Origin: Naegleria gruberi
Lineage: Eukaryota
Strand: one strand, 5' to 3'
Length of the DNA stretch: 64,000 nucleotides
Assembly (NCBI GenBank): GCA_000004985.1
Contig: GG738853.1
The notes under the pieces are model-generated. The model was not told the origin of the DNA. It did not search any database and was given only the letters and a program-made list of their open reading frames with translations. Positions 19,337-28,889 of the stretch are shown piece after piece (within the stretch, counting starts at the first letter, position 1; every line of letters starts with the position of its first letter). A program made the position numbers and the translations under genes.

Positions 19337-20437
19337 TTATTTAATAAATTCTGTGTTATCAAGAACTTCCAAAGCTTGTTCTTTAAGAGAAAAGAAGATA
19401 GGAGGTGCATTACTTGGCTCTCTTTCATTAAGAACTTTTCTCATAAGATTTGCAATGTCATCCTTTCTGTGCACATCAGTTGTTACTTTTTCTTCTAAAT
19501 AAATCTTGCTCTTTGTAATAGCAGTAAGTGCTTTCATATTTTCCATTCTTGTTTCATACATTCCCAAAACATTTGGTGTCTTTAAATCCTTTTCATCTTG
19601 TGCGTATAAGGAACCTGCCCACTTTTCTTCCTCTCTCAAAAGAATATCAACAAGAAAATTAACATCATTTGTCAAAAAGAGATTAATATCACTTCTCTTA
19701 TTTTGTAAATCAATAGCTGAAAGAATGAACATGTATGAATTATGAATATCAACCTCAAGGCAATTGATATGTCTCAAAAACTTATCAGTGAAATTCTTAG
19801 ATGAATCATAATCCTCTGTGATTAGCTCAATGAATTGTTCTCTTTTTTCAACTGATAATAAATTACTGATACCAACAATCAAGTTTACAACTGGTGCAGA
19901 AACTGCTTCATTATCAACAATAGTCATTAATGTGCTAACATGTGGGAAAATGGCTGACAAGACGTTATCATTAATTTGTGATTGTAAAGTTTTCAAATTT
20001 CTTCTATATTGGTCTGGATGAAAACCTCCAAATTTAACAGTGAATAGACAAACTAAAAGAGAAAGTAATAAATATCTAATTTCGTCCGATTTTTCGTCAT
20101 CATTTAACCCTGACATGGTTATCTTGACCAATTCTACTACATCGTTATTATTTAAATTTAATCCTGTCAATTTGTATGAATCACTAATTGTCCCCAAAGC
20201 AATCACAAAATATTGAGCAATACTAGAAACAGCATCGGAATTAAATTCTTTCAAGACTTGAGTCATAATCAACACCAACTTCTTAGGGAAGGCATATGAA
20301 TTTTCAGAAAAATCAAACACTAAACTTTCTTCATCAATTGTTTGAGCATAATCAATTAACTGCTGAGAAAGATCGGAGGAAAGATATTGATCGTCTAAGT
20401 GGATAATTTCGTTGGCTAGTGATGAGTATGATGACAT
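19337..20437 (-). CDS. hypothetical protein (366 aa), helical-repeat-like, unrecognised
   Basis: ATG verified at 20435-20437. Its stop is only 22 bp from the GDPD stop (convergent). Confidence 0.4.
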   Translation of the reverse strand: MSSYSSLANEIIHLDDQYLSSDLSQQLIDYAQTIDEESLVFDFSENSYAFPKKLVLIMTQVLKEFNSDAVSSIAQYFVIALGTISDSYKLTGLNLNNNDVVELVKITMSGLNDDEKSDEIRYLLLSLLVCLFTVKFGGFHPDQYRRNLKTLQSQINDNVLSAIFPHVSTLMTIVDNEAVSAPVVNLIVGISNLLSVEKREQFIELITEDYDSSKNFTDKFLRHINCLEVDIHNSYMFILSAIDLQNKRSDINLFLTNDVNFLVDILLREEEKWAGSLYAQDEKDLKTPNVLGMYETRMENMKALTAITKSKIYLEEKVTTDVHRKDDIANLMRKVLNEREPSNAPPIFFSLKEQALEVLDNTEFIK

Positions 20438-20548
20438 TTTTTTTCTATTTTAATTCCACTTCTAATTTTGCCTTTCTTTGGTCATCAGCACACAATCTTA
20501 CTGCTTACTTTACGAATTGATTTTTTAATATTTTAAATAAATTACAAA

Positions 20549-22404
20549 TTATTGACGGGGTGGTATTGGGAGTCTGGATGGATTGCTTCTTGATGCTTGT
20601 TGTAATTTTTTACCCATTCTTAAATGGAATTCAAATACTACAAATTCAGCAACAACACAAGCTGCCACAATCACAAAGATGGCAAAGTAAAATCCAATAC
20701 TGAGATCACAAGTCTTAGTGTTTGGATTTACATATTGGAAGAAGTAGCTTGAGCAAGATGGATCAATACATTGGTTAGTTGGTACATAGTATGATTGAGC
20801 TCCTTTGCAAGTTGAAGCAATACTCAATCCTTTACAGAAATCAGGATTGAAATTATTGTATTCAACTCCAGCTCTTTTGATTAAACCGACCTTATATTTG
20901 GACATGTCAAGAACAGGAATGAATAATTTTGACCAAACCAATGTACCAATTTCAATAGAAGGATCAAAAGTAACTAAATCTCCATCATAAACATAAAAAC
21001 CTTCGTCTCTTTTGTACAAGCTTAATCCATTTGGTCCATAGAGGATAGATAATGGAATGACAAATTTTTCATAATTCTTATCATCTCCATCTCCCAAAAC
21101 AAATGATAAAGCTGGTAAAGAATTAATCTGTTCCTCTGTCAAAACTCCATTAATTCCTGAAACCAAGTTATATTTCAATAACCAACTCATTACAGCTTCA
21201 TAAAAAGGACCAGGGAGTGCAATTCCATCAATTCTGGTTGAAAATGTGATTTTCCAACTACTGCTATAACCAGAAATTAAGTCAATACCGTTCATCGATC
21301 TGTTGCTACTCAAAAATGAGCTAGAACATTCCATAGATAAATGATAAACTGGCAGCCTGTGATCATAAGTATAGATATATGTGTTTGATTCCGATTCTTT
21401 GGCATATTTCCAAGCATTTTCATTAATTCTATATTGTCTTTCTCCCCAGTATATCTTACGATGATTAGGATCAACTAAATCACTTTTCAAAAGCTCATCT
21501 TCAATAGTTTTTTTCCCAATATAAATTGCACCTCCATTTTCAGAATAAGTTTCATTATCAAATTTGAGGTGAAGAGCCATTTGCTTGTATGTTGGATCAT
21601 CCTTTTCAACCAAACTTTTGAAAGTTACATTGAAAATACCATATCCTAATCCAATAATTCCATCCAATCCCTGCCAAATATCACTGTCAGCATATGCAAT
21701 CTCAATTGTATAATATGGTTGAGTAGCAACTGTTGGATAAGTCCTTTCCAAAGATCCAATAGACAACTTTTTAACTGGAATATTTGGCTTATTTCTATCG
21801 ACAGTAACCTTCTTAACTTCAAAGGATTTTTTCATTATTGTCTCATTGATAGACTTGTAATAAGTAAAATGTCTTTTAGTTTCTGGACACTTTTCGCATT
21901 CAACTAGAAGAATAATTTTAAAATTATTGCAAATTGAAAAAGTTTAAACCTACCAGCAGAACAAGTTAGTGATTCAAAACAACCATTTGATTTAGACTTG
22001 GATGAACAGCAAAATTGTATAAGAAGAGGTTCATGAGAATCAATAAATAAAGTAAGAGGTTCCTCATCATCATTCAAAGTAGCATTTACAAAATATTGAT
22101 CCAAATAATGAATTGGTTTATCATCCGCAATTGTATAATTTCTCGGTGTAATATCAACCCTTCTTTTTCCTATCGGAATAATTGTAGCCATCATTTGTTC
22201 TGTACAAATAAAAATAATAAAAATTACAATCATCAATAATACAACCATCATATTACTGCTACGTAGTGATCCAACATTTTTGAAGGATGACGATCGTTTC
22301 ATCATTGCTTCCCCAATATTGAGGTGAGGATACAATTTCCTCTTTGATGTCGTCATTTTTTTTATTTTTAATTTTACTTTCCAAAATCGCTCTATTATGA
22401 TCAT
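20549..22404 (-). CDS. membrane-anchored pepsin-like (A1-fold) protein with degenerate catalytic motifs; join(22404..21954,21903..20549), ~601 aa
   Basis: Track ORFs 21904..22404 and 20549..21835 join in frame across a 50-nt intron, GTAGGTTTAAACTTTTTCAATTTGCAATAATTTTAAAATTATTCTTCTAG, at 21904-21953. IAYADSDIWQGLDGIIGLGYG resembles the pepsin DTGSSNLW...GILGLA block but carries D-S-D in place of D-T-G. The second motif is LGDGDD. There is an N-terminal signal/anchor and a C-terminal TM (IGFYFAIFVIVAACVVAEFVVF). The gene could instead start at the internal M of the downstream ORF. Confidence 0.4.
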
Positions 22405-22458
22405 AATGTCTCCTATTCAGATTTTAGAAAATATTGAGAATAAAGGTTTAATAAGCGT

Positions 22459-22872
22459 TTACAATATTTTATAAGATCTCATTTTCAATTTTTGTTTAAG
22501 AGGAACCTCGCTTTCAGTAGAGGGAAGTTTAGAATTGATAGGTAATTGAAACTCTGATTCTTCACTTGAAGAATTTGTGGTAGTTGGAGAAATTGTTGAA
22601 TTGGTTGGTGTTGTTAGAGTTGCATTAGTTTGATGAGTTGCTGCTGCTGTCAGTGGCGAAACAATTTTACCATTAGTATTAATCAGAGTTGAATCATTGA
22701 GAAAGTGTTTGAGATTATTCTTGGTCTTTTCTTGAGCTCTTCTCAATTCTTTCTGATTGATAGTATGTTTCTGAATACCTGAATGAATAGGAGTGAGTGT
22801 TCTTTGTTTATGTGAGGTAGGAGAGGTAGCAGAATGGATTTGGTTAGAATGTCGACCATTGTTATTTACCAT
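22459..22872 (-). CDS. hypothetical low-complexity (T/S/N-rich) protein, 137 aa
   Basis: ATG start. Composition is dominated by T, S and N. It may belong with the next ORF, but no in-frame intron could be found. Confidence 0.25.
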   Translation of the reverse strand: MVNNNGRHSNQIHSATSPTSHKQRTLTPIHSGIQKHTINQKELRRAQEKTKNNLKHFLNDSTLINTNGKIVSPLTAAATHQTNATLTTPTNSTISPTTTNSSSEESEFQLPINSKLPSTESEVPLKQKLKMRSYKIL

Positions 22873-22900
22873 ATGAGTCGGTTGCCTATTGGGTATGTTA

Positions 22901-24031
22901 TTATGTACATTGGAAGGTTGTCAATATTACGTTAGCAGTATTATTACTGTTGTTTCCTAGGAGATTTGATGCACCATTATTGGAAGTTTGTTTGAGTTGT
23001 TGCTGTTGTTGGTTAAGCCAAAGATTTGAGAAATTTGGACTCTCATCATTAGACAATAGACTGTTAGTGAGATTGGAACTGAATGCATTGGAGTGAGTAC
23101 TATCATTGGGTGATGAAAGGAGTTCAATCTTTTGCGGAGAGCTGGTAAATAAGCTCACTCTATCCTGATAGGAAGTATTTGGTGTTTTGAGAGGAGTTAC
23201 CAAATGACTCATTACACCACTACTTGCTGCATTTGGAGAAAAGGTAAATAATCTATCAAGGAATCCACCCTTACTTGGTGAGTTTGCAATCGTTGAAGAA
23301 AGGAATGGAAAGTTGTGTGCAAAGTTATTGTTATTCATCATCAAAATGGATGATGGAGAGGAAGTTGCAGCAATAGCAGCTGGACCATTAGTGATAGCTG
23401 AGGTTGTAATAGTACTCGACATACTACAACTTGGACCATTAGTAGAATTGATAAGAGTGTCCAATATTGAGGAGGAATGATTCGAATTGTGATTGCTCAA
23501 CATTTTTGTTTCATTGTTTGACATTAGACTATTCTTATTGGTTATTATGGTTGGAGTTATAGCTTCAGTACCCTCATCTATTCTCAATTGGTCAACTTCG
23601 TCCTCCTCGTCATCTTGGTCTTCATCCATTTTTTGAAGACTTTTGTTATCATTGTAAACATTCAAATTCTTGAAACTTTTTGGACATGAAGATAATAGAG
23701 AAGGAGCCTTCGAAGGTAAACTCAAACAGTCAATTGTGCCTTCATCAATGAGAATTTGTTGAGTAGTTGAAATGCCAGTAGTAGGTGTATTATAATTATT
23801 GGTGTTATTACTCAAATCGTGAATGGAATTCGTCTGCGAAGTATTATTTCTATTTTGGGAAGATGAATTATTATCTGATGACAATGTAATAGTATTAGAA
23901 ATAGGCTCCCTGGTACGTGTACTTTCCATACTAATGGATGAAATGTTCGGTTTCAGTGAAAAGTATGAGCTTTGCATTCTATTGCCGTTGGTTTTTTGTA
24001 AAATTTCAAATAATTTTCTATTAGAAAGCAA
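22901..24031 (-). CDS. hypothetical N/S/T-rich low-complexity protein (the track start is a TTG and the true start is uncertain)
   Basis: Long open frame with poly-N/S/T tracts and an acidic DEDQDDEEDEVDQ block. The start codon at 24029-24031 is ttg. Confidence 0.3.
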   Translation of the reverse strand: MLSNRKLFEILQKTNGNRMQSSYFSLKPNISSISMESTRTREPISNTITLSSDNNSSSQNRNNTSQTNSIHDLSNNTNNYNTPTTGISTTQQILIDEGTIDCLSLPSKAPSLLSSCPKSFKNLNVYNDNKSLQKMDEDQDDEEDEVDQLRIDEGTEAITPTIITNKNSLMSNNETKMLSNHNSNHSSSILDTLINSTNGPSCSMSSTITTSAITNGPAAIAATSSPSSILMMNNNNFAHNFPFLSSTIANSPSKGGFLDRLFTFSPNAASSGVMSHLVTPLKTPNTSYQDRVSLFTSSPQKIELLSSPNDSTHSNAFSSNLTNSLLSNDESPNFSNLWLNQQQQQLKQTSNNGASNLLGNNSNNTANVILTTFQCT

Positions 24032-24766
24032 ACTAAAATGAATAATGTAAACTTGTATTTTGGAAATGAAGAAGGCTTGTGTTTAGAGAAACGTGACTTC
24101 TCACTGTGTTCGTTAGTGGATGCAGGAGTGGTGTTGTGAATTTTTTTAATCCTTTCTTTTCCAACAGACGTTTGACATTGTAGAGTTTTAATTGAAGCCA
24201 ACCATTCTCTGACTGCATGAAACCAATCAACCACAATTTAGATAAACAACATTAAAGTAAACTGGCTATTGAGTGATGAAGATTGACTGATTATTCATTC
24301 GTACTAAGTCATGCACTCATTGGGAACATCACCTTTAATAACAAGTGTACAAATACATTGTTTTATTTCAATGAGAATCAAAATGTCTATTAAGATCAAT
24401 TTTGAACCAATCCTTGGATAGGCTGAAGAATAATTAAGAGGAGCAATAATTTCATTCCTCTTTCTGTTTTCTGTAATGTCTTAATTGGCTTTCTAATTGA
24501 TTTCAATCATGATGATACAATTTCATTAAATTAGCATAAAAACCACTCAATACATCCTCTTTTCCAAAAACTATTAATATGCTCTATTGCATCATTAATT
24601 TTTTTTAATTGTTATTGTTTTTATGAATATCTATTTGGAGGACGGAGAGAAATTTCCTGACTCCATCTCCGGTGGCTTCTTGCTGCACAAAGATGGCTCA
24701 TCTTACAAAAGCAATTTAAAAAATTTTAAAAATTTTAATAAAATAACAATTACACTTTATAAAAAA

Positions 24767-26188
24767 ATGAGCAGCAAGAACTCCACCACTACAAAGCCTC
24801 GTTTCAACTATCAAACCGTCGTTGGTGTGAACGGTCCTCTCGTCATTTTGGACAATGTTAAATTCCCAAAGTTTGCTGAAATCGTACACTTAACTCTGGG
24901 TAATGGACAAAAACGTAGAGGTCAAGTCTTGGAAATTGTTGGTAATAAAGCCGTCGTCCAAGTTTTTGAAGGAACATCAGGTGTTGATGCCAAGAATACT
25001 ACAGTTGAATTTACTGGTGATGTCTTGAAGATGCCAGTTTCTGAAGATATGTTAGGAAGAATCTTCAACGGATCAGGAAAGCCAATCGATAATGGTCCAC
25101 CAGTCTTGGCTGAAGAATTTTTGGATATTCAAGGTCAACCTATTAATCCATTTGCTCGTCTCTATCCACAAGAAATGATCCAAACCGGTATTTCTGCTAT
25201 TGATACTATGTGTTCTATTGCCAGAGGTCAAAAGATTCCAATTTTCTCTGGTTCCGGTCTTCCACACAATGAAATTGCTGCTCAAATCTGTAGACAAGCT
25301 GGTTTGGTTGGTAAGAAGGAAAACTTTGCTATTGTTTTTGCTGCTATGGGTGTTAACCAAGAAACTGCTCGTTTCTTTAAGAGAGACTTTGAAGAAAATG
25401 GTTCTATGGAAAATGTTACACTTTTCTTGAACCTTGCCGATGACCCAACCATTGAAAGAATTATTACACCACGTTTGGCTCTTACAACAGCTGAATATTT
25501 GGCTTACGAATGTGGTTATCACGTTCTTGTTATTTTGACCGATATGAGTTCTTATGCCGATGCTTTGAGAGAAGTTTCTGCTGCCAGAGAAGAAGTCCCA
25601 GGTAGAAGAGGTTATCCAGGTTATATGTATACTGATTTGTCCACTATTTACGAAAGAGCTGGACGTGTTGTTGGTAAACCAGGTTCAATTACACAAATTC
25701 CAATTTTAACAATGCCTAACGATGATATTACTCACCCTATTCCTGATTTGACTGGTTATATTACAGAAGGTCAAATTTACGTCGATCGTCAATTACACAA
25801 CAGACAAATTTATCCACCTATTAACGTTTTGCCAAGTTTGAGTCGTTTGATGAAGAACGCTATTGGTGAAGGTTTCACAAGAGAAGATCACGGCAGTATT
25901 AGTAACCAATTGTATGCTGCTTATGCTATTGGTAAAGACGTTATGGCCATGAAGGCTGTCGTCGGTGAAGAAGCCCTTTCAGCTGAAGATCACTTGTATC
26001 TCGAATTTTTGGAAAAGTACGAAAGAAATTTCTTATCTCAAGGTTTCTATGAATCTAGAACCATTTTTGATTCTTTAGATAAGGCTTGGGAACTTGGTAG
26101 AATTTTCCCTAAGGAAATGTTGACCAGAGTCACTGAAGCCATCAAGGAAAAGTACTATCAAAGACAAGCCCCTACTGAAGAAAAATAA
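24767..26188 (+). CDS. V-type proton ATPase subunit B, 474 aa
   Basis: Near-colinear with yeast Vma2/human ATP6V1B ([23 protein letters not shown]...[36 protein letters not shown]...[19 protein letters not shown]...[19 protein letters not shown]). The conserved N-terminus starts at [13 protein letters not shown] (aaaaaaATGagc at 24767). The track ORF begins at an upstream in-frame ATG (24623) that adds 48 non-conserved residues. Confidence 0.9.
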   Translation: MSSKNSTTTKPRFNYQTVVGVNGPLVILDNVKFPKFAEIVHLTLGNGQKRRGQVLEIVGNKAVVQVFEGTSGVDAKNTTVEFTGDVLKMPVSEDMLGRIFNGSGKPIDNGPPVLAEEFLDIQGQPINPFARLYPQEMIQTGISAIDTMCSIARGQKIPIFSGSGLPHNEIAAQICRQAGLVGKKENFAIVFAAMGVNQETARFFKRDFEENGSMENVTLFLNLADDPTIERIITPRLALTTAEYLAYECGYHVLVILTDMSSYADALREVSAAREEVPGRRGYPGYMYTDLSTIYERAGRVVGKPGSITQIPILTMPNDDITHPIPDLTGYITEGQIYVDRQLHNRQIYPPINVLPSLSRLMKNAIGEGFTREDHGSISNQLYAAYAIGKDVMAMKAVVGEEALSAEDHLYLEFLEKYERNFLSQGFYESRTIFDSLDKAWELGRIFPKEMLTRVTEAIKEKYYQRQAPTEEK

Positions 26189-26292
26189 ATATTTATTGTA
26201 TTATTGAATTACGAAAAGATTTTTTCACACTTTACAATATTCTGAAAGATATTTAGTTTGCTTTCAAGTTAAAAATATGATAATATATTTTA

Positions 26293-27741
26293 TTATCTCC
26301 TTCTAGGTGGATTCTTTCTCTTATTGAAAGCATTCTTGGAGTACAAATCGTAATCATCGTCTTGTTTCTTATTTAAAAGTTTGTTATTCTTCTTACTGAC
26401 ACCAAATCCTTTCAATTGATCTTCTCTATAAATTGGATCCTTATGATATTTTCCTCCCTTTGGAATTGGGTTAGTATAAATTGTACCTCTCAAAGAAATC
26501 TTTGCTTTTGGATTATAGTAGAAATTGAGAGTACCATCTTCATCCATAACACAGGTAATTCTCTTAAGTGTTTCGTGTCCACAATTTGGACAGAATCTAC
26601 GTTCAACATCAGGAACAATAGTATAACAACATGTACAACGTTTAACCCATTGAGAAAGGTATTTGATTCTGAAACCATCAACTGAAACAAGGTTAAGACC
26701 CATATGGGCAAGAACGTGTTGCACAGAAAAATCTGATGTGACACAACCAACCTTATGTTCAACACCAGTCTGTTGAGGAGCAAGTCTTCCAACATATTTG
26801 ATGGCACCAACCTTTTCTTCTGGCTTTGTGGCAACTGGTTTGGTTTCAGTATTTTCAGATCCTTCTTCTTGAATTTCAATTTCTTCTGATTGATCTTCAG
26901 ATTTTTGTTCAGTTTCTTGAGTTGAAAAATCATCAGTCTTTGCTACAGACCATGAAGTATCCTTATTCAAGTTATTGGTTCTTTCCTTATATTCCTTGAT
27001 ATTTTCTGGTGTAATCCATTCTCCATCATCTTCATCATCTTCTTCCTCTTCAACAACCTTTTCTTCAGTATCAGCTTCTTCTTCTTCAGCTGTTACATCA
27101 CTTCTTTGAGAACCAACTGGTTTATCTTCCATCTTATTTCTCAATTCAGAATATGCAAGAGGTGTAGAACATTTAATACCAGCAGCAATATTAAGAGATT
27201 TTGGTTCAGGTTTCAAATTCTTTGTTCCGTTCATTTCCTTTTCAATTGTTAAAGTTAAAGCAATAATGCCAATATCAGTAGCAGATAAATTAGCATAGTC
27301 ACCAGTCTTTTTGGCATATCTAGAAACAGTTTTGATATCATCTTCAGTTGGTTCACGAACGTGAATATCAAAAGGAAGTGTAAGAAGGATATGTCTCGAT
27401 CTAGAGTCTTTAATTTCATTCAAAACTTGTGGAGTGGTGATAAATTTACTACCATGTTTTTCAATCTTCATATAATTAATAAAAGCACCAGCATCAAGTA
27501 CAAGAATTCTTTCATTATCAAAAGAAAGTGCTGATACATCCTCCTGTTCTTCATATTTAGAATAATTCAAAAATCCTCCACTTGTTTTTTCCGATGTTGT
27601 TGTTGTACTACTACTATTATCAGTTATTAAATTTTGCAAACTCATCTCTGTTGGTGGCTTGACCACAGCCTTTTGTTCCGAAACAATAGGTTGTTTAATC
27701 AATTCTTCATCAACGACCAAAGGTATTCCCCAAGCACTCAT
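26293..27741 (-). CDS. NOB1-like endonuclease (PIN domain + C-terminal zinc ribbon), 482 aa
   Basis: PIN domain (ILVLDAGAFINYMK...PQVLNEIKDSRSRHILLTLPFDIHVREPTEDDIKTVSRYAKKTGDYANLSATDIGIIALTL). Zn-ribbon (CTCCYTIVPDVERRFCPNCGHETLKRITCVMDEDG). Acidic linker. This is the NOB1 architecture. Confidence 0.75.
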   Translation of the reverse strand: MSAWGIPLVVDEELIKQPIVSEQKAVVKPPTEMSLQNLITDNSSSTTTTSEKTSGGFLNYSKYEEQEDVSALSFDNERILVLDAGAFINYMKIEKHGSKFITTPQVLNEIKDSRSRHILLTLPFDIHVREPTEDDIKTVSRYAKKTGDYANLSATDIGIIALTLTIEKEMNGTKNLKPEPKSLNIAAGIKCSTPLAYSELRNKMEDKPVGSQRSDVTAEEEEADTEEKVVEEEEDDEDDGEWITPENIKEYKERTNNLNKDTSWSVAKTDDFSTQETEQKSEDQSEEIEIQEEGSENTETKPVATKPEEKVGAIKYVGRLAPQQTGVEHKVGCVTSDFSVQHVLAHMGLNLVSVDGFRIKYLSQWVKRCTCCYTIVPDVERRFCPNCGHETLKRITCVMDEDGTLNFYYNPKAKISLRGTIYTNPIPKGGKYHKDPIYREDQLKGFGVSKKNNKLLNKKQDDDYDLYSKNAFNKRKNPPRRR

Positions 27742-27912
27742 TTTTTCTTATTCAATTTTTCAATTTCTAATTGCAGTGTTGTTTTGATGCACAATATTCT
27801 TGATGTTCTTCACAGGCTCAATTTTACATTTGCGATTTTTTCTCAAACCACAACCAAGAGCGGGAAGATGAAGAATTAGAGAAGAGTGAGGAAAAGCCAA
27901 TGCACACGAAGG

Positions 27913-28119
27913 TTATCGAATGGGTTCATCTTGTATCGGTTGGGGAGTTTTTCTCTGACCACTCTGTTCATAGAGGTCATTGAGGTGGTTCGAAAGAGTC
28001 ATCTTGGACAAGTGCAATCGAGGGATGGTTATCAGATGAAGTGATTCGTCTATCAAATCTTTACCTCTAGAGTGAGGATTGAACGTTGACGAGCAATCCT
28101 CTAGTTTGGGGTAAAACAT
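27913..28119 (-). CDS. possible small protein (68 aa) inside a GC-richer island; the coding status is uncertain
   Basis: ATG with an A-rich upstream context (acaaacaaaATG on the minus strand). Balanced composition (MFYPKLEDCSSTFNPHSRGKDLIDESLHLITIPRLHLSKMTLSNHLNDLYEQSGQRKTPQPIQDEPIR). The island 27850-28130 is ~45% GC against ~33% around it. Confidence 0.25.
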   Translation of the reverse strand: MFYPKLEDCSSTFNPHSRGKDLIDESLHLITIPRLHLSKMTLSNHLNDLYEQSGQRKTPQPIQDEPIR

Positions 28120-28416
28120 TTTGTTTGTCCCACTCCATTAAAAGTTATCACTTCTTTAGCAATTATTTAAGATTTAATTAAATTTAAAGATTATTTAAAT
28201 ATATTTAAAAAATGTCTCAATCGCTGATATCATTTGTTATTGCTCCATCATTTATTGTGAGTGCAGCTATTGCTTTCTTTAATGTGTAGGTACTCCATAA
28301 TTTTCATGAGAAAGTAAAGGATTTGAAGAGCATTCCGACAATTAAATTCAACAGAGGAGGAACAAGATTCATCAACAAATCAAAACCAATTATCGGAACC
28401 TCAGTTTGTTTCATTG

Positions 28417-28839
28417 ATGGCTGAACCATCTCCTAATTCAACAAAAGTTGTGGAGGAAATGAGTAAGACACAATCTAGTAAAATATCAAATGGAAGATCG
28501 ACACTGGATAGGGATGTTGCCTTTGTTATGGGACAAGCTGAAATGCCATTGACTGTCTATGAGAGTCCACTCATGGTTTCATACAGAGAGTTTCAAAACA
28601 TGAAACGTGACGACAATTCAGATGGATACTACCTTGTACAGAGGAAAGTTATTTCTAATGAGGAAAATTCAAACAAATCAAAGAAAAAACAAAGGAAATC
28701 AAATTTGGATCAATCAATAGAACAATTATTCAAGGATGAGGGAGAGGGAAGTGAAGTATTATTATTGTATGGAAGAGGACCTGTTTTCAAATTGGATAAT
28801 AATGCCTATGCTGATAGATATCTTGGATTTGATGATTAA
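28417..28839 (+). CDS. hypothetical protein (~140 aa); the track start 28414 is a TTG and the first ATG is 28417
   Basis: Open frame with non-repetitive sequence (…VAFVMGQAEMPLTVYESPLMVSYREFQNMKRDDNSDGYYLVQRKV…). The frame is also open ~90 nt upstream, so an upstream exon is possible. Confidence 0.3.
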   Translation: MAEPSPNSTKVVEEMSKTQSSKISNGRSTLDRDVAFVMGQAEMPLTVYESPLMVSYREFQNMKRDDNSDGYYLVQRKVISNEENSNKSKKKQRKSNLDQSIEQLFKDEGEGSEVLLLYGRGPVFKLDNNAYADRYLGFDD

Positions 28840-28889
28840 TTACATTTTGGAATGATTTCACAATTATTGAAATTGAGAAAGCTCACTAT

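Noticed and set aside
22873-22900. Joining the low-complexity ORFs 22459..22872 and 22901..24031 into one gene
   Set aside because: The frames differ and the only GT...AG candidate (42 nt) runs into a stop 7 codons later. They are left as separate ORFs.
24623-24766. Using the track start 24623 for V-ATPase subunit B
   Set aside because: The conserved B-subunit N-terminus ([20 protein letters not shown]) begins right after the ATG at 24767, which has the better A-rich context. The 48 upstream codons are unconserved. Kept as a finding, not as the gene model.
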